A stretch of DNA of 64,000 nucleotides, taken from assembly GCF_000002075.1 (NCBI RefSeq), contig NW_004797818.1:268198-332197 (forward strand), in the 5' to 3' direction. The translations under genes and the position numbers were made by a program. Positions 52,101-62,055 of this stretch are shown here, piece after piece (the stretch's first letter is position 1; the number at the start of each line of letters is the position of its first letter). The DNA is from Aplysia californica (Eukaryota). The notes under the pieces are model-generated. The model searched no databases. It had not been told where the DNA came from and saw only the letters and a list, made by a program, of their open reading frames with translations.

Positions 52101-55100
52101 CGAGCACCTTTTTCTAGAAACAGATAAGACAGGTAAGGTAAGGTAAGATAAANNNNNNNNNNNNNNNNNNNNNNNNNNNNNNNNNNNNNNNNNNNNNNNN
52201 NNNNNNNNNNNNNNNNNNNNNNNNNNNNNNNNNNNNNNNNNNNNNNNNNNNNNNNNNNNNNNNNNNNNNNNNNNNNNNNNNNNNNNNNNNNNNNNNNNNN
52301 NNNNNNNNNNNNNNNNNNNNNNNNNNNNNNNNNNNNNNNNNNNNNNNNNNNNNNNNNNNNNNNNNNNNNNNNNNNNNNNNNNNNNNNNNNNNNNNNNNNN
52401 NNNNNNNNNNNNNNNNNNNNNNNNNNNNNNNNNNNNNNNNNNNNNNNNNNNNNNNNNNNNNNNNNNNNNNNNNNNNNNNNNNNNNNNNNTATTGTCACTA
52501 TGGCTATACAGGAGTGGTAAAAACACATGTAAAGAGATGATGAAAAGACTAATACTGAACAGAAGTAGGTGGAAATGAAAAATCTGAATATTTGTACTAC
52601 GTCTACGTAAGTTCCATTTATCATCTCGTCTCAGAAACCAGAGACAAATAGCAAAGAAGCCCAGCCGACCAGTGGCACCCTCCAATCACCTGCTGCCTAC
52701 TTTTCAGATATCTATGAATTAATATTTTAATTAATTTAATGTCCTCGAGTGAACACGTCTTTGAGCAATTAATATCTTTATCAAATATACTGAGTTTATA
52801 ATGATTCTTTCGGAAGTTTTAATTTAAAAATGTTTAGCTTGTAAAAAAACCCACAAAAATGAGACAGTACTTCCCATTGGGGATGGAGACAATAATTTAA
52901 GTGGACTTGTTGCTCAAGGAAGTTACTGTAGAATTGTGTGATCTTGACGGAAGAAGAGATACAAAACTATAAATTATAGTCACTTGAACATAAAGGATAT
53001 CACAGGAACTCCAATTTACCGCTCTTCTTAATTAACAAAAAAACAAAAAAACAAAAATTCCCTTTCTGCTGACTCACATTAGATGCAGCATGCCAGACTT
53101 ATAGCAAAGAGGTGATGCATAAAATAATGTTTAACACATCTACACATCTTATACTGCAATAGGGAGTAACTTATTAAAGCCACCAGTATCTAAGATATGA
53201 AACCATGCTGTAAGACAAAAGCCTAAAGACAGATGAATTGACGGAAACAACAACAACAAAAACAACACTACATTTCCAGAAAGCAGTACTTACGTTATTG
53301 GACATCATGATGGTCAGGAGGTTTTTATTGTGTGAGTTGAAGGCAACATTCAGGATAATTGCTTGCATCAGGATCATTACTGTGTGAACAACTGACTCCA
53401 GTTAAGGAAAAACAAAAGAAGAAACTACAAAAGAAAATATTAACTTCACATAACTAGCAAAATTGCTTCTCCTTCAACTACAGCTACTTTGAAAGGAAGA
53501 GTTTGGAACAAGCAGGTCATCCAGTTTCAAAACAGAATGAGAAAAAAATACAAGACTTTCTATATGATGTATTAACATTCAAAACAAAATATCCTACTTC
53601 GATATATACTTTCACTCAAAAAACTCTGGAAAAAAAGTGTAATGACCTTAAGGGGAGACGTACACTCCTGGAAAAATTTTCTAAACGAATGACTTTTATT
53701 CACTTTCATGCAATTGTGCATGAAGTTCATAGGTAAATAGGATGTACTAAGGGTGAATTTGTTGATTTTTATAAAAAAATGGGTCTCTGTGGCGGCCATC
53801 TTGCATTTTCAAACCAGTCTCTTAGTGCAGAAGAATTTCATAGAAAATATTGAAACAACAGCCTGAAATTTGGCACACAAGTACAAACCTATATAGACAG
53901 GGGATCTATCTGAGGATTTTGACCTATCTTTAAAATTAAAAAAGTGAGCTCAAACTCAATGGACCCCCGAGAGTCAGTTGACGAAATTTTGGGGTATATA
54001 TAAAAATAAAATTGAATATTTCCACAAGTTACCAATATTTCCCAATTTCCTCACATAGATCTCCAGAATAGATCTTAAAGCACGTGTACGCCAAATTTGA
54101 AGCTTCTAGCTTCAGTAGTTTTTGAAAAATCCTTGCACCAAGGAGGTCACATATGTCAAAAAGTAGATTTTGAGAAAAACAAAAAAACCCAGGATTTTTT
54201 AAAGGACTTTTAGTGCAATATACACTTTTCAAATGCCCTTTTGGGTCATTTAGGTTGTTTTTTCAACAGTTTCGTTGTTATGACCCGATAGAACAGATGT
54301 CAAAGGATGTTTTTTCCGCAAAAAAACAAAAGTTGGCTAGTTTGAAAAATTTTATCGATATTCTCAGGGATCGCCGACCCGGATCTTCCCTTAACAGCAT
54401 CTTAACAGGCACAGCATATTTCAGCCCAAGAAACAAATCAGAGGTAAGTTCAGCTCATTACGATTTTTTCGTCAAGGGTCAATTTGTAATGGTCAATCTA
54501 ACTCTCCAATACACAAATGAGATATTACAAAAGGATACCAACATATACAATGGCAAAGATGAGATGAAACAGAGTGCCAAAATGTTCTCTCTTGCGACCT
54601 CTTGGCTCAACAGCTGTCCAGTAGAGACTGTCCAGGACATCCTGTCCAAAGCCAGAGATCAGCTTGTCCATTACCTGGTTATTAACATCACAGAACAAGA
54701 GAAGATATTAAGCAGGAAAAAAAAAAAATACAATAAAGGCTGTGAAAGCTCTGGAGTGAAACCTGATGTACACATCAGAAGTCGGTGCTCCCGAAATTAT
54801 GAATTGGAATAAAACTTGACATAAGAAGCAATTCTGAAAGATGAACAAACAAATTAAACCATGATTTACATTTTTCTATACCCATGTGGCAATTGTCGAA
54901 AACAGGTCTATTTTACCGGGAGTTCATTCATTAGCTGAAGAACTATCAAAATAGGTTCATTTGTTTTGATTTAATGACCTATTTAGTGACGTTTTGTCAT
55001 TTTTAGATTTAGTACCAAAAAAGGGCCCTGACGTAGTGGGTATACCCCCCTCGGAGATAAAAAGTTAAGAACTTACATCCAGACCGTAAAGATGATTCCA

Positions 55101-56917
55101 GTAGGGAACGGGATAGAGGGTTCCCACGTTCCTTGTGACTCATTGGAGCAGAGGAAGATAATACTAACGTTAACATTACTTAAACGCAATCCCTCATCAT
55201 CAATCATCACAACCATTATATCTAAAAATCATCACCGCTCTCAGATCAATGACCTACATCTATAATCCTGGAACCTCTATCTGCTATTACAATTACTTGT
55301 TATACTAAGTATGCACGTAATACACTATTGGACACAATCATATGCACTTTTTTCTACTAATCAGATGGCGTCAATCTCATATAAATGGGCAAGGGGAAAA
55401 AAAAAGAACTTACATCCAGCATGTTGTAGAAGACGTAGAACTTGATGATGGACTGGCCCCTCACGATGTGGTAGATCATGGACATGTCCATATAGCTGGT
55501 CACAAAACAACTGACCACCAGGATGACACCTTTCAGGAGATCACAAACCTGTGCTGCATCCAAAGCTCGTGATCTCCTGGGAAAGGAATAAAATTTTCAT
55601 TGATCTCTTTTTTTTTTAGTAGGAGTTTTACAGCACTTGCAACACAATAAGGTCATATAAGTGCCGAAGATTAGAAGTGTTGCAAGAGAGTAACAAACAA
55701 AAAAAGGAGGAGAGATAAGGACAATAGATGTTTGATACATAGGTAAGAAGGAGCAAACCACACCAGAGCACCCGCCAACCGCCCGCCATTGATCTCTAAC
55801 AAAAAAAACTGCACGAATTCAAATAAACACTGCAGAAGTCAGTGTGGCATAATAACAAAGAAGCTTATCCATCACTTTCTCTTCTTCTTGCACAAGTAGA
55901 AACTAGTTCCCTTTTCCATACAATGGTTAAAAAATTAATAAACGCTGGAAGAATGGTCCTTATATTACTACTAGACACATCCCAGTTAACTACAGGCCCT
56001 TTTCAGCAGTGCACAGCAAAGTTTTAAAAACCCCCAAAACAAGCATAAAATAAAACATTAGTCCACAGACTAACAAGAATGAACTTATATTGATCAGATA
56101 CTGACAGAAGCTAAAAGTATATATGTATCCACACTTTTCCTCTTTTCAAGTAGTAAATTTCTAAACAGTGTTACATCAAAGTATGGGATTGCTACAGATG
56201 TTTAGTTATATAAATAAATGTTTCTCTTGAGCATTACAACAAAATCTAAGCATATTTACTAATGTGTCAAAATATCGTACCCTTTGAATAACACAATGAA
56301 GGGGTACACAAGGACTCGCAAAATGGCCACAAGTATCCTGAGAGGAAGAAACGTCACCATGTACAGTATGGCATCCATGCACTGCAGGAACCCGAAAGCA
56401 CAAAACTGAAAAAAACACAAAAAACACACACCACCAATATAAAACTTTCACAAAACAGACTATATCAACTGCGATATTGTTATTTCTATAGGCAACACCA
56501 TGAACTTTCCCCTACTCAGTTTCAAAGATGACAAGGTACAGAGCACCAACCATCCCTCATTTTCAAAACTTTATACAGACCAACAGCTCCGCCTAAAAAA
56601 AATATGATTAAGGATTAAACTTTTTCCCTCTATATTTCAAGTAAAAATAACAAAAATGATTTCATGAAAATCTTTTGATTCAAGTAGACTAAAATGACTA
56701 AACATGTTTTCCACATTACCTTCTCCAGATTTTTGGGGGTGTTAACAGATGTGTATACCCGATCTCTTCTTTCGACAAACTCAGAGGCATCTGCTTCCAT
56801 TTTGTAGCCCTTTGTCAGTTCTGACATGAAGTAGCTCAACATAGATTTACCTTAAAAAGTAATGAAAAATCAGAAAAAAATATTAACACAAATTCTTTTT
56901 ACATTTACTTGTAATAT

Positions 56918-56951
<34 letters not shown>

Positions 56952-57541
56952 TAATAATAATAATTCGTCTGTCAATGTCTGACAATGATCAGTGCATCGA
57001 CAAAAGAGAATATTTCTCAAATGAAATAGAAAAATTTGAAGAATTAAAAGTTAAGATGACTTGTCTTGTGGCTTCAGCTATGTATGGTCAATGAGACCAA
57101 TTCTAGCAGAGCAAGTTAGCCACATTTTGAGAATGTACTTGTGACCTGTATGTTATTACAAGGTTCAGCATCTAGAACAGAAGTCCAAAGAGTATCAAGA
57201 TAAACAAAAGTACACTTTAAAAGTTTCAATACTTATCAAAATCTTATGTTACTTTGAGATACATCAACAAGATGAGTCTCTATCTGGATTTATAGAACGC
57301 ATTTCAAATCGTTAAAATTACTTTGCAGCTGTGCCAAAGGCTCGTCCACATCTTCAGGTTCTTCAGTAATATTTTCATTCCTACTTTCCATTGGGTCATC
57401 TTTTTCAGAGCTTGATGAAATCCCCTCTCCATTCAAATGTAAAGGTGATGATTCTGATTCAGATGTGCGAGACCTGTGCCGCAGTCTTGGAGGAGCACCA
57501 GATCGAAGCGGGGAATTTCGATTGATTAAAAAAGTATCCAT
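45989..57541 (-). CDS. TAPT1: transmembrane anterior posterior transformation 1 homolog (TAPT1/Emp65, DUF747), 787 aa
   Basis: Exons: 57541-57322, 56850-56720, 56405-56281, 55576-55414, 54674-54539, 53391-53294, 52044-51894, 50308-50199, 49748-49689, 48956-48811, 47937-47826, 46900-45989. Total 2364 nt, in frame. Motifs GFLQCMD..LY..TFLPLR, YH.VRGQS.IK.Y..YNML, FGQDVLDSL, LNVAFNSHNK.LLTIMMSNNFVEIKG, VDWIKHAFITKFN, RRMGF.PIPL. The start exon and the terminal exon are less certain than the core. Confidence 0.93.
48060..48398 (+). mobile_element. tRNA/CORE-like SINE (family A)
   Basis: TGGCCCAGTGG and GTTTCGAATCC boxes, CORE-like block, (TTA)n tail. Confidence 0.9.
49349..49499. mobile_element. 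degenerate palindromic MITE
   Basis: GATATCGATGGCTGGGTACAAGACTCCGACAAA vs reverse complement CGTATCGGTGGCTAGGTGTAGGACTCTGACAAA. Confidence 0.55.
50587..50758 (-). mobile_element. short retroposon family B
   Basis: 12-bp TSD CAATGAGTGTTT (50575-86 / 50759-70). Confidence 0.85.
51270..51667 (-). mobile_element. retroposon family C
   Basis: 13-bp TSD AAATCTCAG(A/G)CTG (51257-69 / 51668-80). Confidence 0.85.
52153..52489. other. assembly gap (N), inside TAPT1 intron 6
   Basis: Run of N. Flanking exons join as MSNN|FVEIKG, so no core exon is missing. Confidence 1.
53392..54538 (-). other. U12-type (minor spliceosome) GT-AG intron in TAPT1 (intron 5)
   Basis: 5' splice site GTATCCTTTT at 54538-54529. 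Branch site TTCCTTAAC at 53409-53401, 9 nt upstream of the 3' splice site. No pyrimidine tract between branch site and AG. Flanking exons join in frame. Confidence 0.92.
53652..54390. mobile_element. Kolobok-like non-autonomous element
   Basis: TTAA|GGGGAGA ... TCTTCCC|TTAA (purine-start termini, TTAA TSD). Internal GGCGGCCATCTT and inverted TGAAATTTGGC / GCCAAATTTG motifs. Confidence 0.65.
55609..55786 (-). mobile_element. short retroposon family B
   Basis: 11-bp TSD CATTGATCTCT (55598-608 / 55787-97). Confidence 0.85.
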
Positions 57542-57807
57542 TTCTATTGTCAATCCAATGACAAGTACAGGAAGCCAGCTGAAACAAATTTAAAAAGAGA
57601 TCTGAACAAACGATCAGCAATTTAAAAAAACGAAACAAAACCCCAACCAGAACAAAGAATGGCACAAGCACGCTCACAATCAACAGAATTAGAAATAAAT
57701 TTACAAATTAACTTTTTATTCATCAAGATGTTCATAGCTTTAAAAAATAATATTTCATTCAACTAAAAGTTTATACATCATGTGTGTATGCCATAATAAT
57801 ACTGTAA

Positions 57808-58308
57808 GGGGGCTCTCGTGGCATAGAGGTTAAGGTGTTCGCATCTCATTCAAAGGTCCCAGGTTCGAATCTGGGTAGCGACTGAAAAATTTTCTTCTCT
57901 AAAATTGTCTCCTTTCACCTCCTTTCCTGCTCTCTAGCAATGTTCTGTCGTCTGCTTTCGTCTCCACTTTCTGCCCTCACTCCTCGCTTCCTTTGCCCTC
58001 TCCTCTGGGTACTTGACTCTTTCTACTGCTTCTCTACTGTTACTGCTGTCTTTCAGCCATACCCCTGACCTTCTGGTAGGAAAGATCTACACCTAGCCTT
58101 CTCGGACAAGGGTGAAAAAAATCAGAGGTCCCGTGTGAAGTTGCACACGTTAAAGATCATTTGGGGGTCTAAAATCGATAAGAGTAGGCTTCGGCCGCCA
58201 CAGGAGGAAAATTCAAAATTTCCTACCAACTGAAAAAGTTTAATGTGTTCCACGTGCCCAATATATGACCTTATGCAGTTGCGAGCGCAGTAAAACACTT
58301 ACAAAAAC
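57808..58308 (+). mobile_element. tRNA-headed Deu/Nin-domain SINE (family D), full length
   Basis: A box TGGCATAGAGG, B box GGTTCGAATCT. Deu/Nin-like core CGGACAAGGGTGAAAA..GAGGTCCCG..ACGTTAAAGATC..ATAAGAGTAGG. Tail ATATGACCTTATGCAGTTGCGAGCGCAGTAAAAC. 13-bp TSD AATAATACTGTAA (57795-57807 / 58309-58321). Confidence 0.88.
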
Positions 58309-59234
58309 AATAATACTGTAATACGTTGAAGCCATGGAAAATATCATGTGCCATAAGTAATTAGAGAGACTTAGATTCTGTTATTTTTACAGAACATTGT
58401 AGAATACAGGACTAAAGGTAGTGAAGCCGTTCTAATCTTAGAAATTCGTACCACTTTCTACTTTAATGTGAAAGAAAAAAAATATATTTAAAAGAAAATC
58501 AAAGAAATAGATAGGCTGACATTGCTACATCATACTCATTTTAACAAACTGCTTGCATCACACTCTCCATCAGAGTACACACTGGCAACAGTTGCATACC
58601 TTTATCTTAATAGTACAGGAGACAACAAAACAAAAATGATCAGAGTATGAGGAAAGTAACACTAAAACATTCAATTGTCTTGTCTCTTTTCTCACTCTGT
58701 CTATATGAACTAGAATCTAGAGGCTCTGGAGAACAACAGTATATTTACCTTTCTCTGATAGTTTCACATTTCTTTAAATTTAAATCCAGTGACTAGTAGC
58801 AGGGTACCCACTCCAGGACTTTTTGCAGATGAGTCATGCTACATTCATTATCTTTGATTGATTCGGCTCACACACAGAACACACCTCTTAGACTTTGTTT
58901 TTATAAATGAAATTACACATCAGAGTAAAAAGTAAGGGAGTCTTTCTTATGACTAGGGCCTACGGATCAGATCATCATTATCGCTGATAGACTGGGCCTC
59001 CTTCAGAATAAAGTTAAAGACGTTCTCAATTGACATAAAGCCAAGTGGCAAGTCACCAAGTTATAGTTATAGACTAGGTTAGGCTGAAAAATTATAATTT
59101 TATATGTAATAGAATTTCAATAAAAAGAAGTTTGTGGTAAGATTGAAGAATACCGGACCAGCCGACTGGGACTACTTTGCCTATGTCTTAACCCTAGGAA
59201 TCCATGATTTTCCCCAGTTTTTAATTTCTCTCAA

Positions 59235-59758
59235 TGAAGTGACTATTTCTCCGAACGTTTGGGAAAATAAAGTTGAACTCTATTTCTCTGAACGGTTTCT
59301 GATCTCAAGATTGTTTGGTTATTTGCGAGATTTACGAGTCATCCTTTCATAATTTCATTCCGCCATTCTGCAAGGACTGGGAGGAAGCATTTTTTGCATC
59401 GAATTCAATTTTTAGAACTAGAGATTTTTAAAGTCTGAATATTCAGATACTTCAGTTGTGGTTGGGGCAACGTTCCCGGACTATACCTTATTTGAAAATA
59501 CCTTCAAAAGGTACTGCGAGAAAACAAGACTGCTCAACCTTGGCAGTAACCTATTTTGCAAATTTAGTCACCCATCAAAAACTAAAATCCTTCACGTAAA
59601 AAAAAATTTGCTCCACGACCCCCCCCCCCCCCACGACACACACACACACACACGGGTCACTCCATTCGCTTATTATCAATAAATCTCGAGAACGGAAACC
59701 GTTCGGAGAAATAAAGTTAAAGTTTATTTTCCCGAACATTCTGAGAAATAGAGCCGCC
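59235..59758. mobile_element. non-autonomous DNA transposon with long TIRs, MULE-like
   Basis: About 75-bp imperfect TIR (GAAGTGACTATTTCTCCGAACG...). 9-bp TSD TTCTCTCAA (59226-34 / 59759-67). Confidence 0.8.
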
Positions 59759-59852
59759 TTCTCTCAAAGGAGAATCTTGGACCGGTAGATCTATTCATTG
59801 AAAATTTGTCAGGGGAAGACCTCCCCTGGTGTCAGGACTTTAAAAAAAACTT

Positions 59853-60949
59853 GGAAGTGCCTATTTGCAACGCCGCGTTGCGATTAGCAACAGTGCTAAA
59901 TAAAACGCCGCGTTGTGATTAGCGCCAGTGCTAAATAAAACGCCATGTCACCGTGTGTAAAATATCAAGCTTAATCAATCTGCACATCGTTATCTGAAGT
60001 TCTGAGGGCTGAAGTGACAGCGCGTCTGCGCTTGAAGTCAAACCATTATTTTTTTAGCGTGGGTTCGATCCCGGTCCTGGACGTTGTTTTGTTGTTGTTG
60101 TTGTTGTTGTTTTGTTGTTGTTGTTGTTGTCCTCTTCTCGACTGACCAACAAATTGTTCCCAAAATTATATCTTGTTGCTTTGTAGTTTTTTTTATGTAG
60201 TGTGATGAAGCATGCACATTCTCGTTTTGTCCCCAAGAGGTGCTCTCTATACAAAGTAGGCCTTAGTATAGCCTATACTTTTCCTTTTACCAATTTAGGC
60301 CTGGTTAAAGTTCAGTAGTGGCTTTCCTTGGTCTGTGAGTCTAATTTTTTTATTTTTTTTATTTTAGGCTCAGGAGAAGGAAAAAAAAATCCTTTCGGGA
60401 CCGGGATTCGATGCCACGCTTGAAGCACTGAACATTAGACTTAGAGAACATAGACAGTAGACAGCTTGTATACGTTCTCTAGGCCTAACTTAAAGTTCGA
60501 GTTGCACCGTCTTGTTATTGTTATCCAAGCGTCTTTCGACTTAAACTTGCTCAAACTCTAACTCAGATGATTATGAGAAACGAACAAGACGTCTACTTTT
60601 GTGCAAACAATGACAGAAACAATTGTTAGATCTAATCTAGATCTACCCAATATTGATCGGAAAGACAACGTCATAAAAAAAGGAGTCAAATCCTAGGAGG
60701 TTTATCAAAAAACTGAGAAAACTTCCACAATTCAGGCAGAACTACAATATTATCATGTAGAAACGATTGCTAGATCTAGATTTACTACATCTAGATCTAC
60801 ATCTAGATCTAGATCTAGATTCTAGATCTAGACTAGACTAGATCTAGATCTAGTACTGGCATTTCAAATAGCATGGGAGCTATTCAGAACGCGGCGTTGC
60901 AAATAGCACAGGAGTTATTCAGAACGCGGCGTTGCAAATAGCGCTTGCC
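59853..60949. mobile_element. non-autonomous DNA transposon, MULE-like
   Basis: TIR GGAAGTGCCTATTTGCAACGCCGCGTT vs reverse complement GGCAAGCGCTATTTGCAACGCCGCGTT. 9-bp TSD AAAAAACTT (59844-52 / 60950-58). Subterminal AACGCCGCGTT repeats. Confidence 0.82.
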
Positions 60950-61319
60950 AAAAAACTTAGTATTGCTACAGTACAGACATGATATGATAGATATTCACAT
61001 GGTCTCTACACAAGTATATAAGATAGAGGTAGGCTGCTGATGTCACAGGTCACAGGTCATATTATATAGTCTTAGATCTCTAGATCTAGTGAGACAGTAA
61101 TTCACTTTTCAACTGCAATCATTGGCAATGCAATTGAGTTTGACCCAGGGGTGTTAAATATGATATAATGGTATTAAAATTAAAATCAGTTATTGAGGTA
61201 ATTTCTTTTGTTTTTGTTTAGTTTAGTATAGATACTAGATCTAGATCTAGATCTAGTTTTACTGCTACAGAAGAGGATCGCTCTTTCCATTCTATTCTTC
61301 TGCTGTGACTTCAATTTCA

Positions 61320-61950
61320 ATTGACAGTTCAATTTACATAGGAATGAGTCAGTCAATGGGCGGAGCGGGCTCCACTCTTACTGTTGCAAATAGTCTGTTA
61401 CAGTAGCAGCTCCAATTTCCGAAAGCTAAAATGCACAAAAGGGAAGTAGACCCACTACCTCTGAGCAAGTGGACACGAAGTAAGAGTCAAACAGTGTTGG
61501 AGTCATCAGTCAGCTGTTTGTTTGCTCTCAAAGTTTGCCTGCGTCCGTAGTCCGAAGACCTCTATTTGTGTACTTCCGGGGTCAGCGTTTGGGTGCTATT
61601 CCACACTGTTTGTTTGTAACCAGGGAACTGAAAGTATTGTAAAAGAGTAACAATCAGAAAAAAAACAAACTTTCTAAATAAAGTAGGCCTAGAAGTAAAT
61701 GACACTGAAAATCATTTTCATTATTTTTTTGGAACAGTTTGAATACTGGAGAAGTAGGGAAGTCCAATAAGCACGATTTTATATAACCGAAAAGCGATAC
61801 CGATGGTAGTACAGTTATATATCGAACGGAGTAGTAGCCGCAAATTCAATTTCCGGATCAAGAGTGGCGGTTTTGGGTTCCTGTTTTGAAAGGTATCCAC
61901 AGACGCTAGAGTACTGTACGAGTTGGTTGAAGGTGTTTTATGGTAATTTT
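61320..61950. promoter_or_regulatory. probable promoter of TAPT1 and/or a divergent plus-strand gene
   Basis: TGAGTCA at 61345, GGGCGG at 61358, ACTTCCGG at 61572, TTCCGG at 61851, AAGAGTGGCGG at 61860. CpG-richer. Candidate donor ATG|GTAATT at 61940-61948. Confidence 0.45.
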
Positions 61951-62055
61951 ATTTGTTACATTTTTAATCTACGCTTTGGCAGGAAGTCGGAATAGAAGAC
62001 TAAGCATACTTCAAACAGTTTCTTCCTTTTAGGGGCATTTCCAAAAGCCTAAAAA

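Noticed and set aside
2655-52685. Long ORFs full of X (2655-3062, 10889-11593, 52079-52685)
   Set aside because: Artefacts of N gaps.
54213-54812. 199-aa plus-strand ORF
   Set aside because: It is antisense to TAPT1 exon 5 plus transposon sequence, with no recognisable domain.
57301-57321. Alternative GC donor for TAPT1 exon 1 (AAAT|GCGTTC)
   Set aside because: Phase-compatible but a poor consensus. The canonical GTAATT donor at 57321 suffices.
21763-57880. tRNA-like sequences with A/B boxes (21763, 24745, 48060, 57808); tRNA-Sec next to SEPSECS
   Set aside because: These are SINE heads without an intact cloverleaf. No tRNA-Sec sequence was recognised.
61893-61902. Second U12 donor GTATCCAC
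   Set aside because: It lacks the TT at +7/+8 and no matching branch site was identified.
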